From Auanema rhodensis (Eukaryota; Animalia; Nematoda), in assembly GCA_964057225.1 (NCBI GenBank), contig OZ059899.1:10292001-10356000 (forward strand): a DNA stretch of 64,000 nucleotides, given 5' to 3'. How positions within the stretch are numbered: position 1 is the stretch's first letter; each line of letters begins with the position of its first letter. A model generated the notes under the pieces. The model was not told where the DNA came from. It did not search any database and saw nothing but the letters and a program-made list of their open reading frames with translations. The translations under genes and the position numbers were made by a program. This document shows, in pieces, positions 12,933 to 25,422 of the stretch.

Positions 12933-15900
12933 CATTTCACTTGTCATTTACAAAAATCAAATTTATCTTCTTCAACGATTATTTTTGCAATGTGTCATAA
13001 AAATTTCACAGTTGAACAAAACGTTTTTTAAGAATTTTTTTTGTTGTCAACATATATATTTTCCTGGAATTCGAAAGCATTTGGGATGGAAATTAGAAAG
13101 AAAAGAACTAGTTTTTCCTATTTTAAAACAAACAAAAAAAAATAAAATGAAAAAGATTGTTAGATATCCAATTTAAACTTATACATTTACTTCGATAAAG
13201 AGCCTATTAGTTTGAAATTTTATGTCTTACAGTTCTCCAACAGAACAGACTGATCCTGATTTCTCTATGATTACATGAAACTCTCGTTTGATATAAAAAA
13301 AGAAGAGGAATAACGTTTCCAGGATGTCAATGATATCGAATCTAGTGATATTGTAAAAAAATGTAATGTCAGCTCCATAGGTTTTCTCTTAATTTCTCTC
13401 ATCACAATTGTCTTAGTTTTTTTTCTCATAAGAGTTTCTGAAATTTTAGGTGAACAAGGCCGTATATATTTTTTTCTGGAATTCGAAAGCATTTGGGATG
13501 GAAATTAGAAAGAAAAGAACTAGTTTTTCCTACTTTAAAACAAACAATAAGAAATAAAATAAAAAAGATTGTTAGATATCCAATTTAAACTTATACATTT
13601 ACTTCGATAAAGAGCCTATTAGTTTGAAATTTTATGTCTTACAGTTCTCCAACAGAACAGACTGATCCTGATTTCTCTATGATTACATAAAACTCTCGTT
13701 TGATATAAAAAAAGAAGAGGAATAACGTTTCCAGGATGTCAATGATATCGAATCTAGTGATATTGTAGAAAAATGTAATGTCAGCTCCATAGGTTTTCTC
13801 TTAATTTCTCTCATCACAATTGTCTTAGTTTTTTTCTCATAAGAGTTTCTGAAATCTTAGGTGAACAAGGCCGTATATATTTTTTTCTGGAATTCGAAAG
13901 CATTTGGGATGGATATTAGAAGGAAAAGAACTAGTTTTTCCTACTTTAAAACAAACAATAAGAAATAAAATAAAAAAGATTGTTAGATATCCAATTTAAA
14001 CTCATACATTTACTTCGATAAAGAGCCTATTAGTTTGAAATTTTATGTCTTACAGTTCTCCAACAGAACAGACTGATCCTGATTTCTCTATGATTACATA
14101 AAACTCTCGTTTGATATAAAAAAGAAGAGGAATAACGTTTCCAGGATGTCAATGATATCGAATCTAGTGATATTGTAGAAAAATGTAATGTCAGCTCCAT
14201 AGGTTTTCTCTTAATTTCTCTCATCACAATTGTCTTAGTTTTTTTTCTCATAAGAGTTTCTGAAATCTTAGGTGAACAAGGCCGTATATTTTTTTTTCTG
14301 GAATTCGAAAACATTTGGAATGGAAATTAGAAGGAAAAGAACTAGTTTTTCCTACTTTAAAACAAACAATAAGAAATAAAATAAAAAAGATTGTTAGATA
14401 TCCAATTTAAACTTATACATTTACTTTGATAAAGAGCCTATTAGTTTGAAATTTTATGTCTTACAGTTCTCCAACAGAACAGACTGATCCTGATTTCTCT
14501 ATGATTACATAAAACTCTCGTTTGATATAAAAAAGAAGAGGAATAACGTTTCCAGGATGTCAATGATATCGAATCTAGTGATATTGTAGAAAAATGTAAT
14601 GTCAGCTCCATAGGTTTTCTCTTAATTTCTCTCATCACAATTGTCTTAGTTTTTTTTCTCATAAGAGTTTCTGAAATCTTAGGTGAACAAGGCCGTATAT
14701 ATTTTTTTCTGGAATTCGAAAGCATTTGGGATGGAAATTAGAAAGAAAAGAACTAGTTTTTCCTATTTTAAAACAAACAAAAAAAAATAAAATGAAAAAG
14801 ATTGTTAGATATCCAATTTAAACTTATACATTTACTTCGATAAAAAGCCTATTAGTTTGAAATTTTATGTCTTACAGTTCTCCAACAGAACAGACTGATC
14901 CTGATTTCTCTATGATTACATAAAACTCTCGTTTGATATAAAAAAGAAGAGGAATAACGTTTCCAGGATGTCAATGATATCGAATCTAGTGATATTGTAG
15001 AAAAATGTAATGTCAGCTCCATAGGTTTTCTCTTAATTTCTCTCATCACAATTGTCTTAGTTTTTTTTCTCATAAGAGTTTCTGAAATCTTAGGTGAACA
15101 AGGCCGTATATATTTTTTTCTGGAATTCGAAAGCATTTGGGATGGAAATTAGAAAGAAAAAAACTAGTTTTTCCTACTTTAAAACAAACAATAAGAAATA
15201 AAATAAAAAAGATTGTTAGATATCCAATTTAAACTTATACATTTACTTCGATAAAGAGCCTATTAGTTTGAAATTTTATGTCTTACAGTTCTCCAACAGA
15301 ACAGACTGATCCTGATTTCTCTATGATTACATAAAACTCTCGTTTGATATAAAAAAGAAGAGGAATAACGTTTCCAGGATGTCAATGATATCGAATCTAG
15401 TGATATTGTAGAAAAATGTAATGTCAGCTCCATAGGTTTTCTCTTAATTTCTCTCATCACAATTGTCTTAGTTTTTTTTCTCATAAGAGTTTCTGAAATC
15501 TTAGGTGAACAAGGCCGTATATTTTTTTTTCTGGAATTCGAAAACATTTGGGATGGAAATTAGAAGCAAAAGAACTAGTTTTTCCTACTTTAAAACAAAC
15601 AATAAGAAATAAAATAAAAAAGATTGTTAGATATCCAATTTAAACTTATACATTTACTTTGATAAAGAGCCTATTAGTTTGAAATTTTATGTCTTACAGT
15701 TCTCCAACAGAACAGACTGATCCTGATTTCTCTATGATTACATAAAACTCTCGTTTGATATAAAAAAGAAGAGGAATAACGTTTCCAGGATGTCAATGAT
15801 ATCTAATCTAGTGATATTGTAGAAAAATGTAATGTCAGCTCCATAGGTTTTCTCTTAATTTCTCTCATCACAATTGTCTTAGTTTTTTTTCTCATAAGAG

Positions 15901-17570
15901 TTTCTGAAATCTTAGGTGAACAAGGCCGTATATATTTTTTTCTGGAATTCGAAAGCATTTGGGATGGAAATTAGAAAGAAAAGAACTAGTTTTTCCTATT
16001 TTAAAACAAACAAAAAAAAATAAAATGAAAAAGATTGTTAGATATCCAATTTAAACTTATACATTTACTTCGATAAAGAGCCTATTAGTTTGAAATTTTA
16101 TGTCTTACAGTTCTCCAACAGAACAGACTGATCCTGATTTCTCTATGATTATATAAAACTCTCGTTTGATATAAAAAAAGAAGAGGAATAACGTTTCCAG
16201 GATGTCAATGATATCGAATCTAGTGATATTGTAGAAAAATGTGATGTCAGCTCCATAGGTTTTCTCTTAATTTCTCTCATCACAATTGTCTTAGTTTTTT
16301 TTCTCATAAGAGTTTCTGAAATCTTAGGTGAACAAGGCCGTATATATTTTTTTCTGGAATTCGAAAGCATTTGGGATGGAAATTAGAAAGAAAAAAACTA
16401 GTTTTTCCTACTTTAAAACAAACAATAAGAAATAAAATAAAAAAGATTGTTAGATATCCAATTTAAACTTATACATTTACTTCGATAAAGAGCCTATTAG
16501 TTTGAAATTTTATGTCTTACAGTTCTCCAACAGAACAGACTGATCCTGATTTCTCTATGATTTTATAAAACTCTCGTTTGATATAAAAAAAGAAGAGGAA
16601 TAACGTTTCCAGGATGTCAATGATATCGAATCTAGTGATATTGTAGAAAAATGTAATGTCAGCTCCATAGGTTTTCTCTTAATTTCTCTCATCACAATTG
16701 TCTTAGTTTTTTTTCTCATAAGAGTTTCTGAAATCTTAGGTGAACAAGGCCGTATATAATTTTTTCTGGAATTCGAAAACATTTGGGATGGAAATTAGAA
16801 GGAAAAGAACTAGTTTTTCCTACTTTAAAACAAACAATAAGAAATAAAATAAAAAAGATTGTTAGATATCCAATTTAAACTTATACATTTACTTTGATAA
16901 AGAGCCTATTAGTTTGAAATTTTTTGTCTTACAGTTCTCCAACAGAACAGACTGATCCTGATTTCTCTATGATTACATAAAACTCTCGTTTGATATAAAA
17001 AAGAAGAGGAATAACGTTTCCAGGATGTCAATGATATCGAATCTAGTGATATTGTAGAAAAATGTAATGTCAGCTCCATAGGTTTTCTCTTAATTTCTCT
17101 CATCACAATTGTCTTAGTTTTTTTTCTCATAAGAGTTTCTGAAATCTTAGGTGAACAAGGCCGTATATATTTTTTTCTGGAATTCGAAAGCATTTGGGAT
17201 GGAAATTATAAAGAAAAGAACTAGTTTTTCCTATTTTAAAACAAACAAAAAAAAATAAAATGAAAAAGATTGTTAGATATCCAATTTAAACTTATACATT
17301 TACTTCGATAAAGAGCCTATTAGTTTGAAATTTTATGTCTTACAGTTCTCCAACAGAACAGACTGATCCTGATTTCTCTATGATTACCTAAAACTCTCGT
17401 TTGATATAAAAAAAGAAGAGGAATAACGTTTCCAGGATGTCAATGATATCGAATCTAGTGATATTGTAAAAAAATGTAATGTCAGCTCCATAGGTTTTCT
17501 CTTAATTTCTCTCATCACAATTGTCTTAGTTTTTTTTCTCATAAGAGTTTCTGAAATCTTAGGTGAACAA

Positions 17571-17643
17571 GGCCGCGTGGCGCAATGGATAACGCGTCTG
17601 CCTACGGAGCAGAAGATTGTAGGTTCGAATCCTGCCGTGGTCG
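17571..17643 (+). tRNA. tRNA-Arg(ACG), copy 2
   Basis: Identical 73-nt gene followed by TAAA-T7. Confidence 0.97.
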
Positions 17644-17772
17644 TAAATTTTTTTCATTTCACTTGTCATTTACAAAAATCAAATTTATCTTCTTCAACGA
17701 TTATTTTTGCAATGTGTCATAAAAATTTCACAGTTGAACAAAACGTTTTTTAAGAATTTTTTTTGTTGTCAA
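17576..17772 (+). other. Representative 197-bp segment that distinguishes L from S monomers (tRNA nt 6-73, terminator and AT-rich trailer)
   Basis: L reads GGCCG[CGTGG...GTCAA]CATATATATTTTCCTGG and S reads GGCCG-TATATATTTTTTTCTGG. The length difference is 197 bp (196 in copy 1). Confidence 0.93.
17648..17654 (+). terminator. Pol III oligo-dT terminator (T7); the same element follows tRNA copies 2-27, starting at the 5th nt after the discriminator base
   Basis: GGTCG-TAAA-TTTTTTT-C directly after the tRNA. Oligo-T is the established Pol III terminator. Confidence 0.85.
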
Positions 17773-19822
17773 CATATATATTTTCCTGGAATTCGAAAGC
17801 ATTTGGGATGGAAATTAGAAAGAAAAGAACTAGTTTTTCCTATTCTAAAACAAACAAAAAAAAATAAAATGAAAAAGATTGTTAGATATCCAATTTAAAC
17901 TTATACATTTACTTCGATAAAGAGCCTATTAGTTTGAAATTTTATGTCTTACAGTTCTCCAACAGAACAGACTGATCCTGATTTCTCTATGATTACATGA
18001 AACTCTCGTTTGATATAAAAAAAGAAGAGGAATAACGTTTCCAGGATGTCAATGATATCGAATCTAGTGATATTGTAAAAAAATGTAATGTCAGCTCCAT
18101 AGGTTTTCTCTTAATTTCTCTCATCACAATTGTCTTAGTTTTTTTTCTCATAAGAGTTTCTGAAATTTTAGGTGAACAAGGCCGTATATATTTTTTTCTG
18201 GAATTCGAAAGCATTTGGGATGGAAATTAGAAAGAAAAGAACTAGTTTTTCCTACTTTAAAACAAACAATAAGAAATAAAATAAAAAAGATTGTTAGATA
18301 TCCAATTTAAACTTATACATTTACTTCGATAAAGAGCCTATTAGTTTGAAATTTTATGTCTTACAGTTCTCCAACAGAACAGACTGATCCTGATTTCTCT
18401 ATGATTACATAAAACTCTCGTTTGATATAAAAAAAGAAGAGGAATAACGTTTCCAGGATGTCAATGATATCGAATCTAGTGATATTGTAGAAAAATGTAA
18501 TGTCAGCTCCATAGGTTTTCTCTTAATTTCTCTCATCACAATTGTCTTAGTTTTTTTCTCATAAGAGTTTCTGAAATCTTAGGTGAACAAGGCCGTATAT
18601 ATTTTTTTCTGGAATTCGAAAGCATTTGGGATGGATATTAGAAGGAAAAGAACTAGTTTTTCCTACTTTAAAACAAACAATAAGAAATAAAATAAAAAAG
18701 ATTGTTAGATATCCAATTTAAACTTATACATTTACTTCGATAAAGAGCCTATTAGTTTGAAATTTTATGTCTTACAGTTCTCCAACAGAACAGACTGATC
18801 CTGATTTCTCTATGATTACATAAAACTCTCGTTTGATATACAAAAAGGAGAGGAATAACGTTTCCAGGATATCAATGATATCGAATCTAGTGATATTGTA
18901 GAAAAATGTAATGTCAGCTTCATAGTTTTTCTCTTAATTTCTCTCATCACAATAGTCTTATTTTTTTTTCATAAGAGTTTCTGAAATCTTAGTTGAACAA
19001 GGCCGTATATATTTTTTTCTGGAATTCGAAAGCATTTGGGATGGATATTAGAAGGAAAAGAACTAGTTTTTCCTACTTTAAAACAAACAATAAGAAATAA
19101 AATAAAAAAGATTGTTAGATATCCAATTTAAACTCATACATTTACTTCGATAAAGAGCCTATTAGTTTGAAATTTTATGTCTTACAGTTCTCCAACAGAA
19201 CAGACTGATCCTGATTTCTCTATGATTACATACAATTCTCGTTTGATATGAAAAAAGAAGAGGAATAACGTTTCCAGGATGTCAATGATATCGAATCTAG
19301 TGATATTGTAAAAAAATGTAATGTCAGCTCCATAGGTTTTCTCTTAATTTCTCTCATCACAATTGTCTTAGTTTTTTTTCTCATAAGAGTTTCTGAAATC
19401 TTAGGTGAACAAGGCCGTATATATTTTTTTCTGGAATTCGAAAGCATTTGGGATGGAAATTAGAAAGAAAAGAACTAGTTTTTCCTACTTTAAAACGAAC
19501 AATGAGAAATAAAATAAAAAAGATTGTTAGATATCCAATTTAAACTTATACATTTACTTCGATAAAGAGCCTATTAGTTTGAAATTTTATGTCTTACAGT
19601 TCTCCAACAGAACAGACTGATCCTGATTTCTCTATGATTACATAAAACTCTCGTTTGATATACAAAAAGGAGAGGAATAACGTTTCCAGGATATCAATGA
19701 TATCGAATCTAGTGATATTGTAGAAAAATGTAATGTCAGCTCCATAGTTTTTCTCTAAATTTCTCTCATCACAATAGTCTTATTTTTTTTTCATAAGAGT
19801 TTCTGAAATCTTAGTTGAACAA

Positions 19823-19895
19823 GGCCGCGTGGCGCAATGGATAACGCGTCTGCCTACGGAGCAGAAGATTGTAGGTTCGAATCCTGCCGTGGTCG
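19823..19895 (+). tRNA. tRNA-Arg(ACG), copy 3
   Basis: Identical 73-nt gene plus T7. Confidence 0.97.
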
Positions 19896-22075
19896 TAAAT
19901 TTTTTTCATTTGACTTGTCATTTACAAAAATCAAATTTATCTTCTTCAACGATTATTTTTGCAATGTGTCATAAAAATTTCACAGTTGAACAAAACGTTT
20001 TTTAAGAAATTTTTTTGTTGTCAACATATATATTTTCCTGGAATTCGAAAGCATTTGGGATGGAAATTAGAAAGAAAAGAACTAGTTTTTCCTATTTTAA
20101 AACAAACAAAAAAAAATAAAATGAAAAAGATTGTTAGATATCCAATTTAAACTTATACATTTACTTCGATAAAGAGCCTATTAGTTTGAAATTTTATGTC
20201 TTACAGTTCTCCAACAGAACAGACTGATCCTGATTTCTCTATGATTACATAAAACTCTCGTTTGATATGAAAAAAGAAGAGGAATAACGTTTCCAGGATG
20301 TCAATGATATCGAATCTAGTGATATTGTAAAAAAATGTAATGTCAGCTCCATAGGTTTTCTCTTAATTTCTCTCATCACAATTGTCTTAGTTTTTTTTCT
20401 CATAAGAGTTTCTGAAATCTTAGGTGAACAAGGCCGTATATATTTTTTTCTGGAATTCGAAAGCATTTGGGATGGAAATTAGAAAGAAAAGAACCAGTTT
20501 TTCCTACTTTAAAACAAACAATAAGAAATAAAATAAAAAAGATTGTTAGATATCCAATTTAAACTTATACATTTACTTCGATAAAGAGCCAGTTTGAAAT
20601 TTTATGTCTTACAGTTCTCCAACAGAACAGACTGATCCTGATTTCTCTATGATTACATAAAATTCTCGTTTGATATAAAAAAAGAAGAGGAATAACGTTT
20701 CCAGGATGTCAATGATATCGAATCTAGTGATATTGTAAAAAAATGTAATGTCAGCTCCATAGGTTTTCTCTTAATTTCTCTCATCACAATTGTCTTAGTT
20801 TTTTTTCTCATAAGAGTTTCTGAAATCTTAGGTGAACAAGGCCGTATATATTTTTTTCTGGAATTCGAAAGCATTTGGGATGGAAATTAGAAAGAAAAGA
20901 ACTAGTTTTTCCTACTTTAAAACAAACAATAAGAAATAAAATAAAAAAGATTGTTAGATATCCAATTTAAACTTATACATTTACTTCGATAAAGAGCCTA
21001 TTAGTTTGAAATTTTATGTCTTACAGTTCTCCAACAGAACAGACTGATCCTGATTTCTCTATGATTATATAAAACTCTCGTTTGATATAAAAAAAGAAGA
21101 GGAATAACGTTTCCAGGATGTCAATGATATCGAATCTAGTGATATTGTAGAAAAATGTAATGTCAGCTCCATAGGTTTTCTCTTAATTTCTCTCATCACA
21201 ATTGTCTTAGTTTTTTTTCTCATAAGAGTTTCTGAAATCTTAGGTGAACAAGGCCGTATATATTTTTTTCTGGAATTCGAAAGCATTTGGGATGGAAATT
21301 AGAAAGAAAAGAACTAGTTTTTCCTACTTTAAAACAAACAATAAGAAATAAAATAAAAAAGATTGTTAGATATCCAATTTAAACTTATACATTTACTTCG
21401 ATAAAGAGCCTATTAGTTTGAAATTTTATGTCTTACAGTTCTCCAACAGAACAGACTGATCCTGATTTCTCTATGATTATATAAAACTCTCGTTTGATAT
21501 AAAAAAAGAAGAGGAATAACGTTTCCAGGATGTCAATGATATCGAATCTAGTGATATTGTAGAAAAATGTAATGTCAGCTCCATAGGTTTTCTCTTAATT
21601 TCTCTCATCACAATTGTCTTAGTTTTTTTTCTCATAAGAGTTTCTGAAATCTTAGGTGAACAAGGCCGTATATATTTTTTTCTGGAATTCGAAAGCATTT
21701 GGGATGGAAATTAGAAAGAAAAGAACTAGTTTTTCCTACTTTAAAACAAACAATAAGAAATAAAATAAAAAAGATTGTTAGATATCCAATTTAAACTTAT
21801 ACATTTATTTCGATAAAGAGCCTATTAGTTTGAAATTTTATGTCTTACAGTTCTCCAACAGAACAGACTGATCCTGATTTCTCTATGATTACATAAAACT
21901 CTCGTTTGATATAAAAAAAGAAGAGGAATAACGTTTCCAGGATGTCAATGATATCGAATCTAGTGATATTGTAGAAAAATGTAATGTCAGCTCCATAGGT
22001 TTTCTCTTAATTTCTCTCATCACAATTGTCTTAGTTTTTTTTCTCATAAGAGTTTCTGAAATCTTAGGTGAACAA

Positions 22076-22148
22076 GGCCGCGTGGCGCAATGGATAACGC
22101 GTCTGCCTACGGAGCAGAAGATTGTAGGTTCGAATCCTGCCGTGGTCG
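22076..22148 (+). tRNA. tRNA-Arg(ACG), copy 4
   Basis: Identical 73-nt gene plus T7. Confidence 0.97.
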
Positions 22149-23096
22149 TAAATTTTTTTCATTTCACTTGTCATTTACAAAAATTAAATTTATCTTCTTC
22201 AACGATTATTTTTGCAATGTGTCATAAAAATTTCACAGTTGAACAAAAAGTTTTTTGAGAATTTTTTTTGTTGTCAACATATATATTTTCCTGGAATTCG
22301 AAAGCATTTGGGATGGAAATTAGAAAGAAAAGAACTAGTTTTTCCTATTTTAAAACAAACAAAAAAAAATAAAATGAAAAAGATTGTTAGATATCCAATT
22401 TAAACTTATACATTTACTTCGATAAAGAGCCTATTAGTTTGAAATTTTATGTCTTACAGTTCTCCAACAGAACAGACTGATCCTGATTTCTCTATGATTA
22501 TATAAAACTCTCGTTTGATATAAAAAAAGAAGAGGAATAACGTTTCCAGGATGTCAATGATATCGAATCTAGTGATATTGTAGAAAAATGTAATGTCAGC
22601 TCCATAGGTTTTCTCTTAATTTCTCTCATCACAATTGTCTTAGTTTTTTTTCTCATAAGAGTTTCTGAAATCTTAGGTGAACAAGGCCGTATATATTTTT
22701 TTCTGGAATTCGAAAGCATTTGGGATGGAAATTAGAAAGAAAAAAACTAGTTTTTCCTACTTTAAAACAAACAATAAGAAATAAAATAAAAAAGATTGTT
22801 AGATATCCAATTTAAACTTATACATTTACTTCGATAAAGAGCCTATTAGTTTGAAATTTTATGTCTTACAGTTCTCCAACAGAACAGACTGATCCTGATT
22901 TCTCTATGATTACATAAAACTCTCGTTTGATATAAAAAAAGAAGAGGAATAACGTTTCCAGGATGTCAATGATATCGAATCTAGTGATATTGTAGAAAAA
23001 TGTAATGTCAGCTCCATAGGTTTTCTCTTAATTTCTCTCATCACAATTGTCTTAGTTTTTTTTCTCATAAGAGTTTCTGAAATCTTAGGTGAACAA

Positions 23097-23169
23097 GGCC
23101 GCGTGGCGCAATGGATAACGCGTCTGCCTACGGAGCAGAAGATTGTAGGTTCGAATCCTGCCGTGGTCG
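23097..23169 (+). tRNA. tRNA-Arg(ACG), copy 5
   Basis: Identical 73-nt gene plus T7. Confidence 0.97.
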
Positions 23170-25349
23170 TAAATTTTTTTCATTTCACTTGTCATTTACA
23201 AAAATCAAATTTATCTTCTTCAACGATTATTTTTGCAATGTGTCATAAAAATTTCACAGTTGAACAAAACGTTTTTTAAGAAATTTTTTTGTTGTCAACA
23301 TATATATTTTCCTGGAATTCGAAAGCATTTGGGATGGAAATTAGAAAGAAAAGAACTAGTTTTTCCTATTTTAAAACAAACAAAAAAAAATAAAATGAAA
23401 AAGATTGTTAGATATCCAATTTAAACTTATACATTTACTTCGATAAAGAGCCTATTAGTTTGAAATTTTATGTCTTACAGTTCTCCAACAGAACAGACTG
23501 ATCCTGATTTCTCTATGATTACATAAAACTCTCGTTTGATATGAAAAAAGAAGAGGAATAACGTTTCCAGGATGTCAATGATATCGAATCTAGTGATATT
23601 GTAAAAAAATGTAATGTCAGCTCCATAGGTTTTCTCTTAATTTCTCTCATCACAATTGTCTTAGTTTTTTTTCTCATAAGAGTTTCTGAAATCTTAGGTG
23701 AACAAGGCCGTATATATTTTTTTCTGGAATTCGAAAGCATTTGGGATGGAAATTAGAAAGAAAAGAACCAGTTTTTCCTACTTTAAAACAAACAATAAGA
23801 AATAAAATAAAAAAGATTGTTAGATATCCAATTTAAACTTATACATTTACTTCGATAAAGAGCCAGTTTGAAATTTTATGTCTTACAGTTCTCCAACAGA
23901 ACAGACTGATCCTGATTTCTCTATGATTACATAAAATTCTCGTTTGATATAAAAAAAGAAGAGGAATAACGTTTCCAGGATGTCAATGATATCGAATCTA
24001 GTGATATTGTAAAAAAATGTAATGTCAGCTCCATAGGTTTTCTCTTAATTTCTCTCATCACAATTGTCTTAGTTTTTTTTCTCATAAGAGTTTCTGAAAT
24101 CTTAGGTGAACAAGGCCGTATATATTTTTTTCTGGAATTCGAAAGCATTTGGGATGGAAATTAGAAAGAAAAGAACTAGTTTTTCCTACTTTAAAACAAA
24201 CAATAAGAAATAAAATAAAAAAGATTGTTAGATATCCAATTTAAACTTATACATTTACTTCGATAAAGAGCCTATTAGTTTGAAATTTTATGTCTTACAG
24301 TTCTCCAACAGAACAGACTGATCCTGATTTCTCTATGATTATATAAAACTCTCGTTTGATATAAAAAAAGAAGAGGAATAACGTTTCCAGGATGTCAATG
24401 ATATCGAATCTAGTGATATTGTAGAAAAATGTAATGTCAGCTCCATAGGTTTTCTCTTAATTTCTCTCATCACAATTGTCTTAGTTTTTTTTCTCATAAG
24501 AGTTTCTGAAATCTTAGGTGAACAAGGCCGTATATATTTTTTTCTGGAATTCGAAAGCATTTGGGATGGAAATTAGAAAGAAAAGAACTAGTTTTTCCTA
24601 CTTTAAAACAAACAATAAGAAATAAAATAAAAAAGATTGTTAGATATCCAATTTAAACTTATACATTTACTTCGATAAAGAGCCTATTAGTTTGAAATTT
24701 TATGTCTTACAGTTCTCCAACAGAACAGACTGATCCTGATTTCTCTATGATTATATAAAACTCTCGTTTGATATAAAAAAAGAAGAGGAATAACGTTTCC
24801 AGGATGTCAATGATATCGAATCTAGTGATATTGTAGAAAAATGTAATGTCAGCTCCATAGGTTTTCTCTTAATTTCTCTCATCACAATTGTCTTAGTTTT
24901 TTTTCTCATAAGAGTTTCTGAAATCTTAGGTGAACAAGGCCGTATATATTTTTTTCTGGAATTTGAAAGCATTTGGGATGGAAATTAGAAAGAAAAGAAC
25001 TAGTTTTTCCTACTTTAAAACAAACAATAAGAAATAAAATAAAAAAGATTGTTAGATATCCAATTTAAACTTATACATTTATTTCGATAAAGAGCCTATT
25101 AGTTTGAAATTTTATGTCTTACAGTTCTCCAACAGAACAGACTGATCCTGATTTCTCTATGATTACATAAAACTCTCGTTTGATATAAAAAAAGAAGAGG
25201 AATAACGTTTCCAGGATGTCAATGATATCGAATCTAGTGATATTGTAGAAAAATGTAATGTCAGCTCCATAGGTTTTCTCTTAATTTCTCTCATCACAAT
25301 TGTCTTAGTTTTTTTTCTCATAAGAGTTTCTGAAATCTTAGGTGAACAA

Positions 25350-25422
25350 GGCCACGTGGCGCAATGGATAACGCGTCTGCCTACGGAGCAGAAGATTGTA
25401 GGTTCGAATCCTGCCGTGGTCG
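25350..25422 (+). tRNA. tRNA-Arg(ACG), copy 6, G5A variant
   Basis: Starts GGCCACG. A at 25354 converts the G5-U68 wobble to an A-U pair; otherwise identical. Confidence 0.95.

Larger units (their letters stand above)
9720..18710. repeat. Higher-order duplication: ~9720-12030 repeated at ~15264-17575 (offset 5544), then ~12850-13990 at ~17571-18710 (offset ~4722)
   Basis: Shared rare variants at offset 5544: AGAAGCAAAAG, GATATCTAATC, TATAATTTTT, TTACCTAAAAC. At offset 4722: TTACATGAAA and AAATTTTAGG. Confidence 0.8.

Noticed and set aside
17571-17772. tRNA-derived SINE inserted repeatedly into a satellite
   Set aside because: The tRNA is intact with an immediate T7 terminator, there is no poly-A tail or target-site duplication, the position is identical in all copies, and the first five tRNA bases stay in the empty site.
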